Shown: in pieces, positions 49,004-62,821 of the stretch
Layout: the number at the start of each line of letters is the position of its first letter
Numbering within the stretch: the first letter of the stretch is position 1
Assembly (NCBI GenBank): GCA_964016885.1
Contig: OZ024747.1
Location: 92,380,001 to 92,444,000, forward strand
Origin: Eledone cirrhosa
Lineage: Eukaryota
Direction of reading: 5' to 3'
DNA: 64,000 nucleotides
The notes under the pieces: model-generated
The model's input: only the letters and a program-made list of their open reading frames with translations
Told to the model about the DNA's origin: nothing
The model's database searches: none
Made by a program: the position numbers and the translations under genes

Positions 49004-52000
49004 AACTGTTTTTATTTAGTTATTTTTTCTGACTGCCTTCCCAACATAGTTCCACTGCAAGGAAGAATGACAGAAATATACACATGAAAACAAGATTACA
49101 CAAAAGAAAATACAGAGGCTCAAATACAGAAAGTTATTTTCAACATGCATGAGTGTCTGATGAGCATATAATTTGCTCATTCAGACTGTGAGAAATTGCA
49201 GCTAATATATCATATGCTGGGATGGTCCCTTAACCTCTGAGAGAGTTGTAAGGTTTCTGTATTTACATATGGCATTTCATTAAACGTGGCAGAGTCCATC
49301 TCCTCTCCAGGTCTAAATACAGCAGATTTCTTCTAGAAAAGGATAGAGAATGGAAGTGAGAAAGAGATATAGAGGAAGAATCAACACCAATACTAGACTG
49401 GTACATTTTTTATCAATCTTGAATAGAAGGAAGGCAAAGTTGACCTCAGCAGGATTTGAATTCAGAGAACAGAGAGCCAAAACAAATACCGCAAAGCATT
49501 CTATCCGACATTCTAACAACTCTGCTAATTTGCCACCTATATCATATACAAACTATTCACAAATACTCTCTATATAATAAGCTGCATGCAAACATGTGCA
49601 TAAAATTTAAGCAGAGTTGACAAAATAACTTTAACTCTTAATATCCTGTACTACATGAAATCATATTAAGAACACATTCTTGAAAAGTACAAAACAGCAC
49701 TATCATTGCATCACATTAAAAATTAAAGACTTTAATTTAGTTTGCTGTAAAATTTTACAATAATCTGTCCACTAGTAAATATATTATAAATTTTTAACCC
49801 TTTACCATTTTCGTTACTCTATATTGACTATTGTATTTTCACGGTAAAGTTTTTACCTCACTTAATTATCTCACATAATATCAAATCTATGAGATTTTGA
49901 TGTTATTCATTTTGAGAACAATACCTTAACATCAGTATGAGTAGCCAGTTACAACCGGTTTGGACAGAAAGAGGTGAGAGAATTCTGGCTGGATACAGCT
50001 AGTTTAAATGCTAAAGGGTTAAATTAGAGCCATTTTAAAAAAGTTTCTGCTAAATCATTACAGGATGTTAAGAGTTAATAATTGAAATAGCATTAGAGAA
50101 TGTTTCCAACATCATGATTGCACATTAATGTTATAAATATCTAAAAGAAAAGTAGTTGACTGCCAGAACTAAGGAAACACTATTTCCATTGGTCTTACCA
50201 TTACTGATACTTTCTGCTAGAAGTTGGCAGGATATGAACTCATAATTCACAGAACTAGATGGAATACCACAAAGCTTCTGGAATGGTATTTTAGTTATCA
50301 AGCCCATCCACCTCAAATATAGTATGCACCATTTGAGGTTTAACCCTTTAGCATTCACATTACTCTATATATACTATTGTATTTTCACAGTAAAGGCTTT
50401 ATCTCAAATAATTATGTCACATAATATCAAATCTATGAGATTTTTATATTATTTATTTTGAGAACAATACCATAACATCAGTATGAGTGGCCAGTTACAG
50501 CCAGTTTAAACAGAAAGATGAAATAATTCTGGCCGGATTTGGCCAGTTTAAATGCTAAAGGGTTAAACGTTTGGAGAAATGTATAAGGAAAAAGAAAAGC
50601 CATCATGTTTGAATATAACATTAACATTCCATTACTGAAAGATACTGCTTATGATTTTCAAACATGTTTTAGAATAATAAAAAATTTAGAGGAATTTAAT
50701 ACAATGAAATTATTGTGTATAGTAATATGACTGGCTCATTATGTTGGTGTTAAGAACATAACTTAAGAGAAGGCTCTTACAATAAATTATAATTGAAGGG
50801 TTAAATTTAAACATGAATACTTTAAAACAAATAGACTTTCATCATAGATCTTGGTGTGGGGTTTTTTTATGTGACTTAGTATCAAAAAGGTTTAAAAGGG
50901 CTTGATTCATCTTCAAATTAACTTGATAAATATGAAATCATAATATTCTACAAATAAGAAGCCTTTCTCATATGATTTTAAGAAAGAATATAAGAAACAA
51001 AGCACAGGTTTTTTTTTTTTCTTTTAACCCTTTAGCATTTAAACCGGCTGTATCTGGCCAGAATTCTCTCACCTCTTTCTGTTCAAACTGGCTGTAACCA
51101 GCTGCTCATACTTATGTTAAGGTATCGTTCTCAAAATAAATAATATCAAAATCTCATAGATTTGATATTATGTCAGGTAAAACCTTTACTATGAAAATAT
51201 AATAGTATATATAGAGTAATGTAAATGCTAAAGGGTTAACAAGATACAGAGGAACTTAAATCAAAAACAATTCTACTGTTAAATTTATCATACCATAATC
51301 TATAAATGTGAAGTGTGTGTGTGTGTGTTGATATTCTCTCTCTTTCACTTACTACCTCCGTCTCTCTCACTCTCCCCATCTCTCACTATTATAAGCAAAT
51401 AGGAGCCCACATGCTAGACACCGGAAATACAGAATAATACTAATAAATTATGCTAAAATTCACATTAGTATACTTTTACTTTTCATACAATAGCCTTATC
51501 TTCTTCACTTGTAAAATGTTTTAATTTCAAATAACAGAAGCATGGGATATGTTGTTGTTGTATAGCCTCAGGTCAACGGACATATATTTAAAGTAATTCC
51601 ATTCATGTCTCTCTCAAGATCTGCCCTTCTTTACCCCTTCTCCCTTTTCTCATTACTTAATTTTGTTTTTATCTTTCTTTTTCATACCTATGTAATCATC
51701 AATGGTGTTTAACCCTTTAGTATTTAAACCGCCCATATCCGGCTAGAATTCTCTCACCTCTTTCTGTTCAAACAGGCTGTAACCAACTGCTCATACTTAT
51801 GTTAAGGTATTGTTCTCAAAATAAATAATATCAAACTCTTGTAGATTCGATATTATGTGAGATAAAGTGTTTAGCATGAAAATACAATAGTATATATAGA
51901 GTAATGTGAATGATAAAGAGTTAAGCCAACTTTGTGTATATATGCAATATTTAATGAACACTTCTTACAAAATGAAAATATAGACATATAATATATACAA

Positions 52001-52164
52001 TACTTAATGTGTATCTAGTATATCCAGCCATTGTTAAAATATGCCTTTCCTTAAAAAGTGTAATTTGAGTGAGATTTAGCAGCCCATTTCTGTCAGGTTG
52101 CTCACTGCCTTACTGGCTTATATTTTAAGAATTTCTCTATATTTATATATATATATATATATAT

Positions 52165-52586
52165 ATAATATAAGATCAAAAGATGGTTAAAGGAGTTCCA
52201 TGTATTTTATTATGCGCATTTCAAAAACAAACATCATCATGCAATAATATTTGTGTTTTCATCAGATAAAACAGGAGAACATGATATGAAGGCTAAAAAC
52301 ACTTGTGGATAGTGCAGTTTTAAATCAACATATATGTTGATTTAAAACTGCACTATCCACAAGTGTTTTTAGCCTTCATATCATGTTCTCCTGTTTTATC
52401 TGATGAAAACACAAATATTATTGCATGATGATGTTTGTTTTTGAAATGCGCATAATAAAATACATGGAACTCCTTTAACCATCTTTTGATCTTATATTAT
52501 GTATACTCCAGTCCTACAAACTGTAGAGTGCTTCTTATCCGATATCTGCATTGCTTTATTGTACTACAATAAAACTCACCTCCTAC
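52165..52586 (+). mobile_element. Fold-back element: 336-bp perfect palindrome with hammerhead plus tail hairpin
   Basis: Arms 52165-52332 and 52333-52500; tail ACTC-CAGT..ACTG-TA-GAGTGCT at 52505-52532; (TA)n on both sides. Confidence 0.85.
52394..52460 (+). ncRNA. Type I hammerhead with long stem II and palindromic loop 3
   Basis: UUUUAU-CUGAUGA-[long hairpin]-GAAA-U-GCGC-AUA-AUAAAA; mirror copy on the minus strand at 52205-52271. Confidence 0.85.
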
Positions 52587-53059
52587 ATATATATATATAT
52601 ATATGTTGATGTTGCAATAGATCTGCAAATGAGGCTATTTGGGTATTGTACTTAGCAGCCTTTCTAAACCACTAATTAATGTAAAAGTATTTAGTTGCTA
52701 GACAAAAGGTTAGTAAATTCTATTATGCTGCTGTCCCCTTTCTTTATAATTACTATACAACATCTATGTCAGCTTGTCAATGTGTATACTGAAAACCATA
52801 ATACAATGACTCTACTGTTAAGGTGCTTCATAACAAGTCACTGGCTCATAAGTTCAGATTTTACTGTCTAGTGAGCAAAATATCTAACTCTACTTCATTC
52901 AGTTTGCCTAAGAAAAAAAAAAAGATTAGGCACTACTACTACTTCACAACTGAGTAATAAGAAGTAAGAAGGGCATCCAATTGTAAATACCACTGCTCCA
53001 ACAAATAACTATCTCACCCATGGAAACTGTAAAGAAAAAATATGGTTTAAAAAAATAAA

Positions 53060-53730
53060 ACAGAAAACTGTTACTAAAAACTTATGAATAGATTGCTGGT
53101 TTTCAAAACTGTTATTGAAAACAGATATAACAGCTTGCTGGTTTTCAAAACTGTTGCTAAAAACAGATATAAACAAATAGCTGGTTTTGGAAACTGTTGC
53201 TTAAAACAGATATAAACAAATAGCTAGTTTTGGAAACTGTTGCTTAGAACAGGTTGTTGGTTTGGGAAACTGTTACTAAAAACAGATATAAATGGATTGC
53301 TGGTTTTGGAAACTTGTTTAAAACAGATATATACACAGGTTGTTGTTTTGAGAAACTGTTGTTTAAAACAGATTGCTGCTTTGGAAACTGTTGCTTAAAA
53401 CAGGTTGTTGGTTTTGGAAACTGTTGCTTAGAACAGATATAAACAGATTGTTGGTTTTGGAAACGGTTGCTTAGAACAGATATAAACAGATTGTTGGTTT
53501 TGGAAACGGTTGCTTAGAACAGATATAAACAGATTGTTGGTTTTGGAAACGGTTGCTTAGAACAGATATAAACAGATTGTTGGTTTTGGAAACTGTTGCT
53601 TAGAACAGATATAAACAGATTGTTGGTTTTGGAAACTGTTGCTTAGAACAGATATAAACAGATTGTTGGTTTTGGAAACTGTTGCTTAAAACAGATATAA
53701 ACACTGGTAGTCTGGGAAACGGTTACTAAA
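53060..53730. repeat. 43-bp minisatellite
   Basis: Unit AAACTGTTGCTTAGAACAGATATAAACAGATTGTTGGTTTTGG. Confidence 0.9.
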
Positions 53731-54187
53731 CATGTGTTGTTGGGGAGGGAGAGTTGATCAAAAGAGGAAACGTGTAAAGATAATTATCAATAAACCATGT
53801 ATCAAAGATATATTCGATAGTTAAACCACTTCCACCGTCTCCCTTTAAATAGCTTTGAAGATTGAATCGAACTCGCTATATTACATTTACTCGTTTGATT
53901 ATATTACCTCACTGCCACTAAAGAGATGAGCATTATAGTCAACGTAAATCGGATTTCGAATCAGTACACACGTTTTCACTTTGGTTTAACTTAAAGGAGA
54001 AAGAACTACTGTGTGTGGGTATGTGTTTGTGTGTATACGAAAGCTGGTGATTTATTCCGTTGTTATTTAGTGTTTCTCGTTCCAGGTAAAAAGCTGGGTT
54101 TTTTTATACCTGAAGGCAGGTATCGAGAATCGATAGAGTGAAACAGATATAAATATATTAGGTAAAATATATTGATCAGAAGTCTAA

Positions 54188-54223
<36 letters not shown>

Positions 54224-54373
54224 GCTCATAAATAAACAAGGTAAACACAGATGCGAAGTCTCTTATTAATTACAAGCTTATATATATAAATATAAATTCA
54301 GCGAGAATCGTATTTCGGCGGGTAGAAAAAGCGAAACGAAAGGCAAAATCGTAGATATGCTGGCAAGCGCTCC

Positions 54374-54438
<65 letters not shown>

Positions 54439-54553
54439 ATTTATGTTAGGCTGTTTACCAATGGGCCATCGAAATATGTATAGTGCCTTCGCTGAATTTA
54501 AATTCTAAAGTAAATTTCGAGTCCAGCCTTCTGTTGTTGTTTTGAATATATAA

Positions 54554-54586
<33 letters not shown>

Positions 54587-54818
54587 CATATACTAAATAT
54601 TATATTATTTAACAATGATAACAAATGCAAGTTATTTTACATATTTCATTCATTGTTTTCCGATTGTTTCGGAGTGTTGATCATATTGATATATTGACTG
54701 ATATATAGCAGTTAGCGAATTGTATACTATCAGACATAATATATAGGTGCGATCATACCGTCTTCTTCTAATTACGGTATAGACCCTATTACGAAAGGTT
54801 TAACCTCATTGTATACAT

Positions 54819-54857
<39 letters not shown>

Positions 54858-54999
54858 GGAAAAGAGTCAAGATCCGACGGCTGAGCTCCAGCCGTTTCGA
54901 GAACTAGATCCGAACTCAGCCAGCAGTATGTGTTTATATATATATATATATATATATATAAACATATACTGCTGGTATGCATATATATACCATTGTGGC

Positions 55000-55052
<53 letters not shown>

Positions 55053-55914
55053 CCACAACGGTATGTGCATATTCAGACTTTTGATCAAAGGCATTCCAGA
55101 CGTGGCCATCCGGTTTTCTTATGTGTAGAACAGAAACTAGAATACCTAGAACGTTAATCAAATGAATACAGTAAGGTGCGATTTCTAGCAGATCGAGAAT
55201 GTCTATCTACTGTCACACTCCCTCTCTCTTTCGCTTGTTGTTGACATGTTTTCGGAGAGTGAAGTGCCGATACATAAAGCTAAGTGGAAGTGAATCAAGA
55301 GAACAGCTTCTATTTACTTTCACGTTCCAATTTTGTTTGTATTTAGCACGACATTTTTTTCTGTTTGATAAAGAAAATAATAAACTACATTTCTACAATC
55401 CAATCCTAGTTTACTGATTACTAAAAAAAAAAAGTAGATATAATATATCTAGACATTAAATCATTTTCATGTCATTACATACATGCATACATGTGTATCG
55501 ATCAACCTCATCGAATGATAAAACATCTAATCATGTGTCTATGAATCAAACCATATAATTATATATATATATATATATAGCGTATTTAAATATGTGATAA
55601 ATTAAATGGACATCTTTTTCTCTATGATGTCTCCCTGTCTAATGTTTATTAAATAGCAGTGTTTTCTAACAAACTCACGCCGTTCGGTTGGATTTATTAC
55701 GATCGTTAAACTACAACTGTTAGTCAGTAAATAGAATACTATAAATAATTTGATTTTGATTATAGCAAAATAAACTGTGTACCTTGATCTGCTGCAGACA
55801 CACTGTCCATTATTAAAGCCATGCTGACAAGTATATGATATGAGACTGTTTACACAGTCATACATGTGCGTGTGTATGTGAGTATCTATATATATATATA
55901 TGTATGTGAGTATC

Positions 55915-55949
<35 letters not shown>

Positions 55950-56592
55950 ATGTGTGCTGCCACCTGACGACTTCCTTAGGTGGGGAAGTTCAATGAGAAG
56001 ACAAATCAAATCCGTTGACAGCCTCTGATTTGAGAGGTCAGATTTGTTGGAATTATGTTAATTTCTGAAAAAAAAAAACGGTTTAGACTAACACAGACTA
56101 ACAGTGACGTACAATTGTTGAATTTATTTTTTTTAATTAATAATAATTATAATCATTTCTACTATGGGCACAAGGCCAGCAATTTTGGGGGAGGGGAAAG
56201 TCGATTAAATCGACCTAGTGTGTTACTGGTACTTTATTTTATCGACCTTGAATGGATGAAAGGCAAAGTTAACCTCGGCGGGATTTGAACTCAGAACATA
56301 AAGAGCCATAACTCTATGCTGCAAATTATGATGCCTGACGCTCTACCGATACTACCAATAATAATATTTTTTTTTTTTTGTTTTTTTTGTTGTTTTTTTG
56401 AAAATCGATAAAGTAGGAAAAATCCTGAAAGAAATTAAGATAAATTTCAATTGGAAAAATATATATATATATCTTTTTGTGTGTGTGTGTGCTCTCAACT
56501 AATCTAACCTCCAAGATGCTCGCAATCGACTTTTTTTTCCTAGTTATACGGAGGGTGTGGGTGGTGTAGCTGACCTCCCACGGAGTTTTCTA

Positions 56593-56627
<35 letters not shown>

Positions 56628-56949
56628 ATGTTATCAACTAGTATAACTTCTCAAAACAGTTGGAAATGAGTAGCTTTGTAGAAAAAGAAGGGTGAAAGGA
56701 GGGGGCGGAAAGACCATAGGAGTTTCGCGGTTTGGTGGGAAGTAATTATTTTCTTTGTTTTTTTGTTTTTTTTTTGTGTGTGTGTGTTATCAACTAATCT
56801 GACATCCAAGATACTCCCAATCGACTTTTTCCCCCGGAAAACGAAAACCCTAACCCTAACTCTAATCCAATGATAGTGAGGCTAAGGCGCTGGAACAACC
56901 AAGCACCCCCACGGGCATCACCGGATTCTTATGGAAGGGGAACCGCTAA

Positions 56950-57960
56950 CTAGGAGCAAAGGGTAAGACCATCTGATCTCTTCTCACCAACTCTAGAAAA
57001 TTCAGCAGGCTCCAGAATTGAGGGAATATTTACCTGAGCTAGGAGCCGCTTAATAATTAGGTTTAGCTCGGTATGGTGAGCGAAGCGACCTGCTTTCAGG
57101 CGGCAAGACAAACCATAACATGGGGGCCAACCATAACAACATTTCAATCCCCACAAACATTGGGTCCAACTCTGAATGCAATGAAAATGCAGAACTCAAA
57201 CAAACTGAGTAAGCCACCGATGTCAACCACGGGCAGGGCATCTACACAGTCCCCCCCCCCCCAGAATTGAGAGAGTTGAAAGTGTCCCACGAACGTTTGT
57301 TATCCTATATTCTGCTTTAGTGTATCCTCTGTATCAAGAACTGACAAATCTAGCTCCCTCCATTGTGCTACATCTTCATTCACCTCCCTCTTGGAACTTG
57401 TCCATGTTAGAAAGGAGAGAAAGTTACCCATCATAGAGAAGCAAGTATGGGTGAAGTTAAGAAAGCAGGAAGAAACAGAGGCGAGTATTTGCGCATACCT
57501 ATCTCCTCCCTCCATCCATCATGGGACGACAGTGAAACATGCTGTCATTAGAATCCTTAATACACAAATACGTGACTGGTAAGGTGCACACAAACGTCAT
57601 GTGAAAAGGAAGTGAGTAAAATTATCACATGATCCTCATGTCAGGTGCAATGTGGCCGAACTCCCACAGTCTTCGCCTCCATCTCGCTCGCCTTCCCCAT
57701 CTCTCTGTATAGTGAGCAAATGGGGTCCCACGTGCTAGCCACCCCACAGAATGGAGAAAGCGTGGACAGAATGGAGAAAGCGTTTCCCCGGGGGATGGTA
57801 AGGGACATGCGTTGGAAGAGCCATTCCATCTCGCGAGACTCACACCTGCGGCTGGCCAGCTCAGCGCTTATGGTGGTGAGTAGGGAGGTAGCTCTGGGGC
57901 CAAAGACACCAGAAATCTCCACTGCTTAGGGCACGACCGCAAAGCTGTCGGGTAGCGACT
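56950..57960 (-). pseudogene. Decayed RLE-type (CRE-like) non-LTR retrotransposon fragments
   Basis: YGLSC..GRFAHHTELN..IPSILEP..KRSDGLTL and WLFQRMSLTIPRGNAFSIL motifs. Confidence 0.75.
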
Positions 57961-58829
57961 GGACTCTGGAGAGGGTATGTTGTTAACCAAGCATTCGAGG
58001 GTTTGCCAAAGATTAATTTGTCAAAAAATTGAAAAGATGACGATAATCCTTAGAAAGGACAGACTCGGAGCATGTACAATAAATTAGGAATTGTTAGGTA
58101 ATTCTTGTATATTAAAAAAAAAACCTTGATGAGGCACAACTACCTCAATGATTTTTAGTTATTGCTTGAGGTTAACCATCTGTGAATGTTAAACGCATAT
58201 CTTCCTTTAGTTACCATATTTCCACTGGAAGACACTGCCTATAATCTTTTAATAATTTCGAAAATAATCAAGAATTTAGATGGATTTCTCATTATTAAGC
58301 TTGTTATTTGGAGCATAACCTAAAAAAGTTTCTTGCGTAAAATTTTGATGGATAATTTTTAGGTAAATATAAACACTCAAAATGAAATAGTTTTGTATCA
58401 TAGATACATTGTTTCCTTCGTCCGACCTGGCGTGACCGAAGAGGGCCTACGGTATTTCAATATTTTAGACAAAATATATAACTGACTCGTTCGTGAAATT
58501 AATTTTAAAATATATACCATTTAATTTACTTATTGATTAAAATCAATAGTATTTTGTAACTAGATTAAATATCCTGTTTTGTTAATTTATTATTTTTCTA
58601 TTTAAACCACACAACTATACCGTGGCGAATTCTACCTAACTTGTAAAAGCTCCAGGGTGATGTTATTATTTTTCCATAATGCTAAAGTAGGAGTTATTTC
58701 CCCTTTATTATACAGCGAAGTATGGGTGTGAATAAATTCTTACGCGCGAGGAAAAGGCGAATTTGAATACCCGGGACAAACACTCGACTGAGAGATGAGA
58801 TTTTCAACAATTAAACATTCATTTAACCC

Positions 58830-59090
58830 TTCATGCTATATCTGCTTTCAATCCATTTTTTTTTTTTTTATTAAATCTATTTCATCTTCCATGCTATATC
58901 TTTTTCCATCCTTCTCCCTTTTTTTCATTAAATCTATTTCATCTTCCATGCTATATCTTTTTCCATCTTTCTCCCTTTGTTTCATTAAATTTATCTCATT
59001 TTATGTTATATCTTTTTCCATGTCTCCCTTTTTTTTCATTAAATTTATTTCATCTTATATGTTATATCTTTTTCCCTCCTTCTCCATTTC
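58830..59090. repeat. Degenerate ~57-bp pyrimidine-rich tandem repeat
   Basis: Recurring ATTAAATCTATTTCATCTTCCATGCTATATCTTTTTCC. Confidence 0.8.
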
Positions 59091-59364
59091 CATCCTTTTC
59101 TTATCAGAAAAAGGAGCCCCATGGGGTAGAATGGCTGATGTAGTTTTCACTATCATGTTCACAAAGTGCAGCTGAGACATATTGCCCAGCCAAGGGTATA
59201 CAGTTTGTGCCCTCACTTCACTTTTTTTTAAATTCAATTTACTCCTTTTTTTCTCTCTTTCTGTGTATTACTTAATATTTTTTTCTTTTAAAATACTTTC
59301 ATTACTGTATTCTCCTTCTAAACCCATATTAATCATTACTATCTAATTTATTTCCTCTGTCTCA

Positions 59365-59985
59365 TTTAGTTACCATCCTGGCCAAAAACTGGCTCTGGTT
59401 CTATGAAATAAAGCCACCCATTTTAAATGTTTTCAATTTAAATTAAAATTTTCTAACATAAATTTATATAGGAACCTTACATTAAGTAACTATCTTAGTA
59501 ATGGAATAATTAATAATTTCAGTAAATCCCTCATAATTCTTCATAAATTAATCAAAAAGAGTATATTTCGTTAGAGATGTAGTCATGAAAGGGTTAACCC
59601 TTTTGTTACCAACCCGGTTAAAACTGGCTCTGGTTCTATGAAATAAAACCACCCATTTTAAATGTTTTCAATATAAATTAAAGTCTTCTAACATAATTTT
59701 ATATTAAGTCACTATTTTAGTAATGAAATAATTAATAATTTTAGTAAATCCCTCAACATTCTTCAGTAATTAAATGCTTTCCAGCATAGTTACGTCCCTT
59801 TACGGTCTGAGTTCAAATCCCGTCGAGGTTAACTTTGCCTTTCATCCTTACCAGGTCGATAAAATAAAGTACCAGTAATGAACTGGGTAATTGCTGGCCT
59901 TGTGCCAAAAGTAGAAACAATTAATTAATTAATTAATTAATTAAAATAGTGTATTTCATTAGAAACATAGTCATGAAAGGGTTAA
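59365..59985. mobile_element. Tandem pair of TTAA-type MITEs (second family); the second copy contains a SINE
   Basis: CCCTTTTGTTACC..ATGAAAGGG-TTAA; related copy at 37838-38074. Confidence 0.7.
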
Positions 59986-61644
59986 GAGAATACATTCTAA
60001 GACTAATAATCTTTCAAACAACTATTTAACAGAAAACTTAAAATTCATTGCCTGATTTTTGAAAATTTTACCTTGATCCAGAATTTGGTAGAACTCATGA
60101 TTAATTCAGGATTAAACCATTCCAGAAGCTTGGAAATATTGTTGTTGTTGTTATTGATACTTCTGTATCTTTTTTATACAATCACATGCTGTACAATCAT
60201 AAACTAGTGCTAGAGAATGTGGCTAATTCTTTTTAACTATCTAATAGGATGTGTCATAGCCAAGGTTAGTGTTACCTTTCAACCCTATGGGGTATTTAAA
60301 ATAAAGTACCAGTAACGAACTGGGGTTGATTTAATCAACTTTCATCTCAACTAAAATTGTTGGCCACGTTTCCTAAATCAGAAACCATTATTTACTGGAT
60401 TGGCAGTATCGGTAGAGGGTCGGACGCCATGCTTTGACGCATAGAGTTACAGCCCTTGCCATTCTGAGTTCAAATATCGCGCCGAGGTTAACTTTGCCTT
60501 ACAGGGTCGATAAAATAAAGTACCAGTAATCCACTGGGTAATTGCTGGCCTTGTGCCAAAAGTAGAAACAATTATTTACAGAAAGAAATCTATGGTTTGT
60601 ATGCATAACTTGCTATTGAATAATGGTTTGTAAGGGTTTATATATACAAAGGAGCAGCAGAAATATCTCCTCCATTTTACACAGTAACTGTGGAAAATAT
60701 GAGAGATTGTTCTGTCACTCTCTGTATAAGAAGTGTAGATATATAAAGTTAAATTAAATGGAGAAGGTCAAATTTTAAGTTACTAGAATGTTTTCAACAC
60801 GCTGATGCATATATGTATATTTTTTGTGTTTATGTACATATGCATACATATATATATATGTATGAGTATATAAATATAAATGCACAAACACAGACACACT
60901 TACAAAAATAGACACTCTCACACATACACACACATTCACACAAATACACACATACATATACACAAACACACACATACACATACACTCACACACACAGCGT
61001 AGTAAATGAAACGCCAGCCGCTGTTTTGCTATAGTTTTTTTCACTATCCCCTTCCTTCCTTTTACACACACATACATTCACACAAGCACACACACACATT
61101 GTGTGATGGATAGACGAACATATGGAAGTCGCTCAAATTTATATATAGATGTCAAATACTTTGAATTCATATTTAGATTGAGAGAACTCTGTAAAGTATT
61201 TGTGCACTAGACAGTAATAGTTGAATTTTCTGAAGTGATGATTTACCTGGGATTTTGCTTAGACAGTTCATACATCCTAATTTTATCACACCTAAGGCCC
61301 CTACAATGAGTGTGACAGTTTTCTTTTTAACCCTTTAGCATTTACATTACTTTATATTTACTATTATATTTTCATGGTAAAGGCTTTATCTTACATAATA
61401 TCGTTATTATTTATTTTGAGAACAATGACTTAATGTCAGTATGAGTGGCTGGTTATAGCCGGTTTGAACAGAAAGAGGTGAGAGAATGCTGGCCGGTTTA
61501 AATGCTAAAGGATTAAAACTAAGCTTTCAGCATAAATATCATGAAGAGGAATGGTTTCATTCAGGCCATCTTGGAAAATGTTTAATGCAAATAAACAAAT
61601 GTAGTCCTGGACAGAAGAAGGTAAGGCTCTAACAATATCTCTGT

Positions 61645-61808
61645 CAGGCATGAGCAACCTTTTTTGAGCAGTGGGCTGCATATGATGTTGCTTACCATAA
61701 AGTGGGTCACACTAAGACAAGATTAACGGCAATTTTGAAATTAGGTATGCAATTCAGAAAACAAAACAGGCTGCCTGCGGCTCATTGGCTGCAGTTTGAC
61801 CATGACTG
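61645..61808. mobile_element. hAT-type MITE
   Basis: CAGGCATGAGCAAC/TTTGACCATGACTG TIRs; TSD matching at 6 of 8 positions. Confidence 0.6.
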
Positions 61809-62340
61809 GTCTATGTGGATATGCTAGAAGTTAGCAACTGTTGCAGTAAATACGAAGGAATGTTAGAAAACCTCTAGTCTTGATGTTTGGCAAATTAAAC
61901 AATTTTTATACCAGAAAATTTGGCTAAAACAAGTTTTCGTTTAGGCTTACAAGTTGAGCAGATTCTGCTGAATATGTGAACTTTACCAATATATTAAAGT
62001 TTAACATGTATCACTTTGATGTCTGTGGGAGAATGGTTTGTCTTTCTCTGCTGAACTTATATATTTATTCTTTGACATAGACAAGATGGTTGGATAACAT
62101 CCATGAGTTTGGTTGGTCTCACTTGGTGAACCAGCCGGGGGACAGTTGCTTCTGACAGGACCCGCTGCTCCAACAACCCCTCAGGAATAAGTAGAAGAAG
62201 AAGAGGAGGAGCAGGAGAAGAGGAAGAAGGAAATTTACAAATATACAAGCGTCCATCAAACTTTTTATTGAGAAACACAAATATTAAACATATTTGATAT
62301 GTTTTGATACCTTAAATGTGCGTGTGTATATATATATATA

Positions 62341-62480
62341 TCAAGATTGAACCAGTTTTAAACTAGTTAGAACATTATTCAGGAGAGTACTCGACACTTA
62401 GGATAGTAGAGTATGACTATATTAGAAAGAGTCGGGGCCCGACAGCTGAGCTGTTGCCATTTCAACAGCTTGTTCCAGAC
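62341..62480 (-). mobile_element. TA-embedded element: hammerhead 3' half colinear with tail hairpin
   Basis: Minus strand GAAAUGGC..GCUGUC then ACTC-TACT..AGTG-TC-GAGTACT (62386-62412). Confidence 0.65.
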
Positions 62481-62489
62481 TATATATAT

Positions 62490-62810
62490 ATCATCATCAT
62501 CATCATTTCATTTTACGTCCGCTTTTTCCCTGCTTGCAAGGGTGGGACAGGAACTGATTCTGGCTTGATTTCTATAGCTGGATGCCCTTCCTAACACCAA
62601 CCTCATTTACAGTGAGTGCTGGGTGCTTTTTTGCTGTGGCAGCTCAACGACCCCAGTCCCTATCATTTCATTTCTACAGCTGAGTAAACTGGAGCAATGT
62701 GAAATAAAGTGTCTTGCTCAAGGAAATAACACATCACCCAGTCTGAGAATTGAACTCACAACCTTTCGATTGCAAGGCCAATGCTCTAACCACTGAGCCA
62801 TGTGCCTTCA
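62490..62810 (-). mobile_element. SINE family B
   Basis: Near-identical to 40946-41270. Confidence 0.85.
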
Positions 62811-62821
62811 TTGTGTATATA

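Noticed and set aside
49155-49186. CUGAUGA followed by a hairpin
   Set aside because: Simple 32-bp inverted repeat; no GAAA after stem II.
55964-55990. CUGACGA-CUUCC..GGAAG motif
   Set aside because: Lacks GAAA, stem III and stem I.
56846-56868. Telomere
   Set aside because: Only 3-4 degenerate TAACCC units, interstitial.
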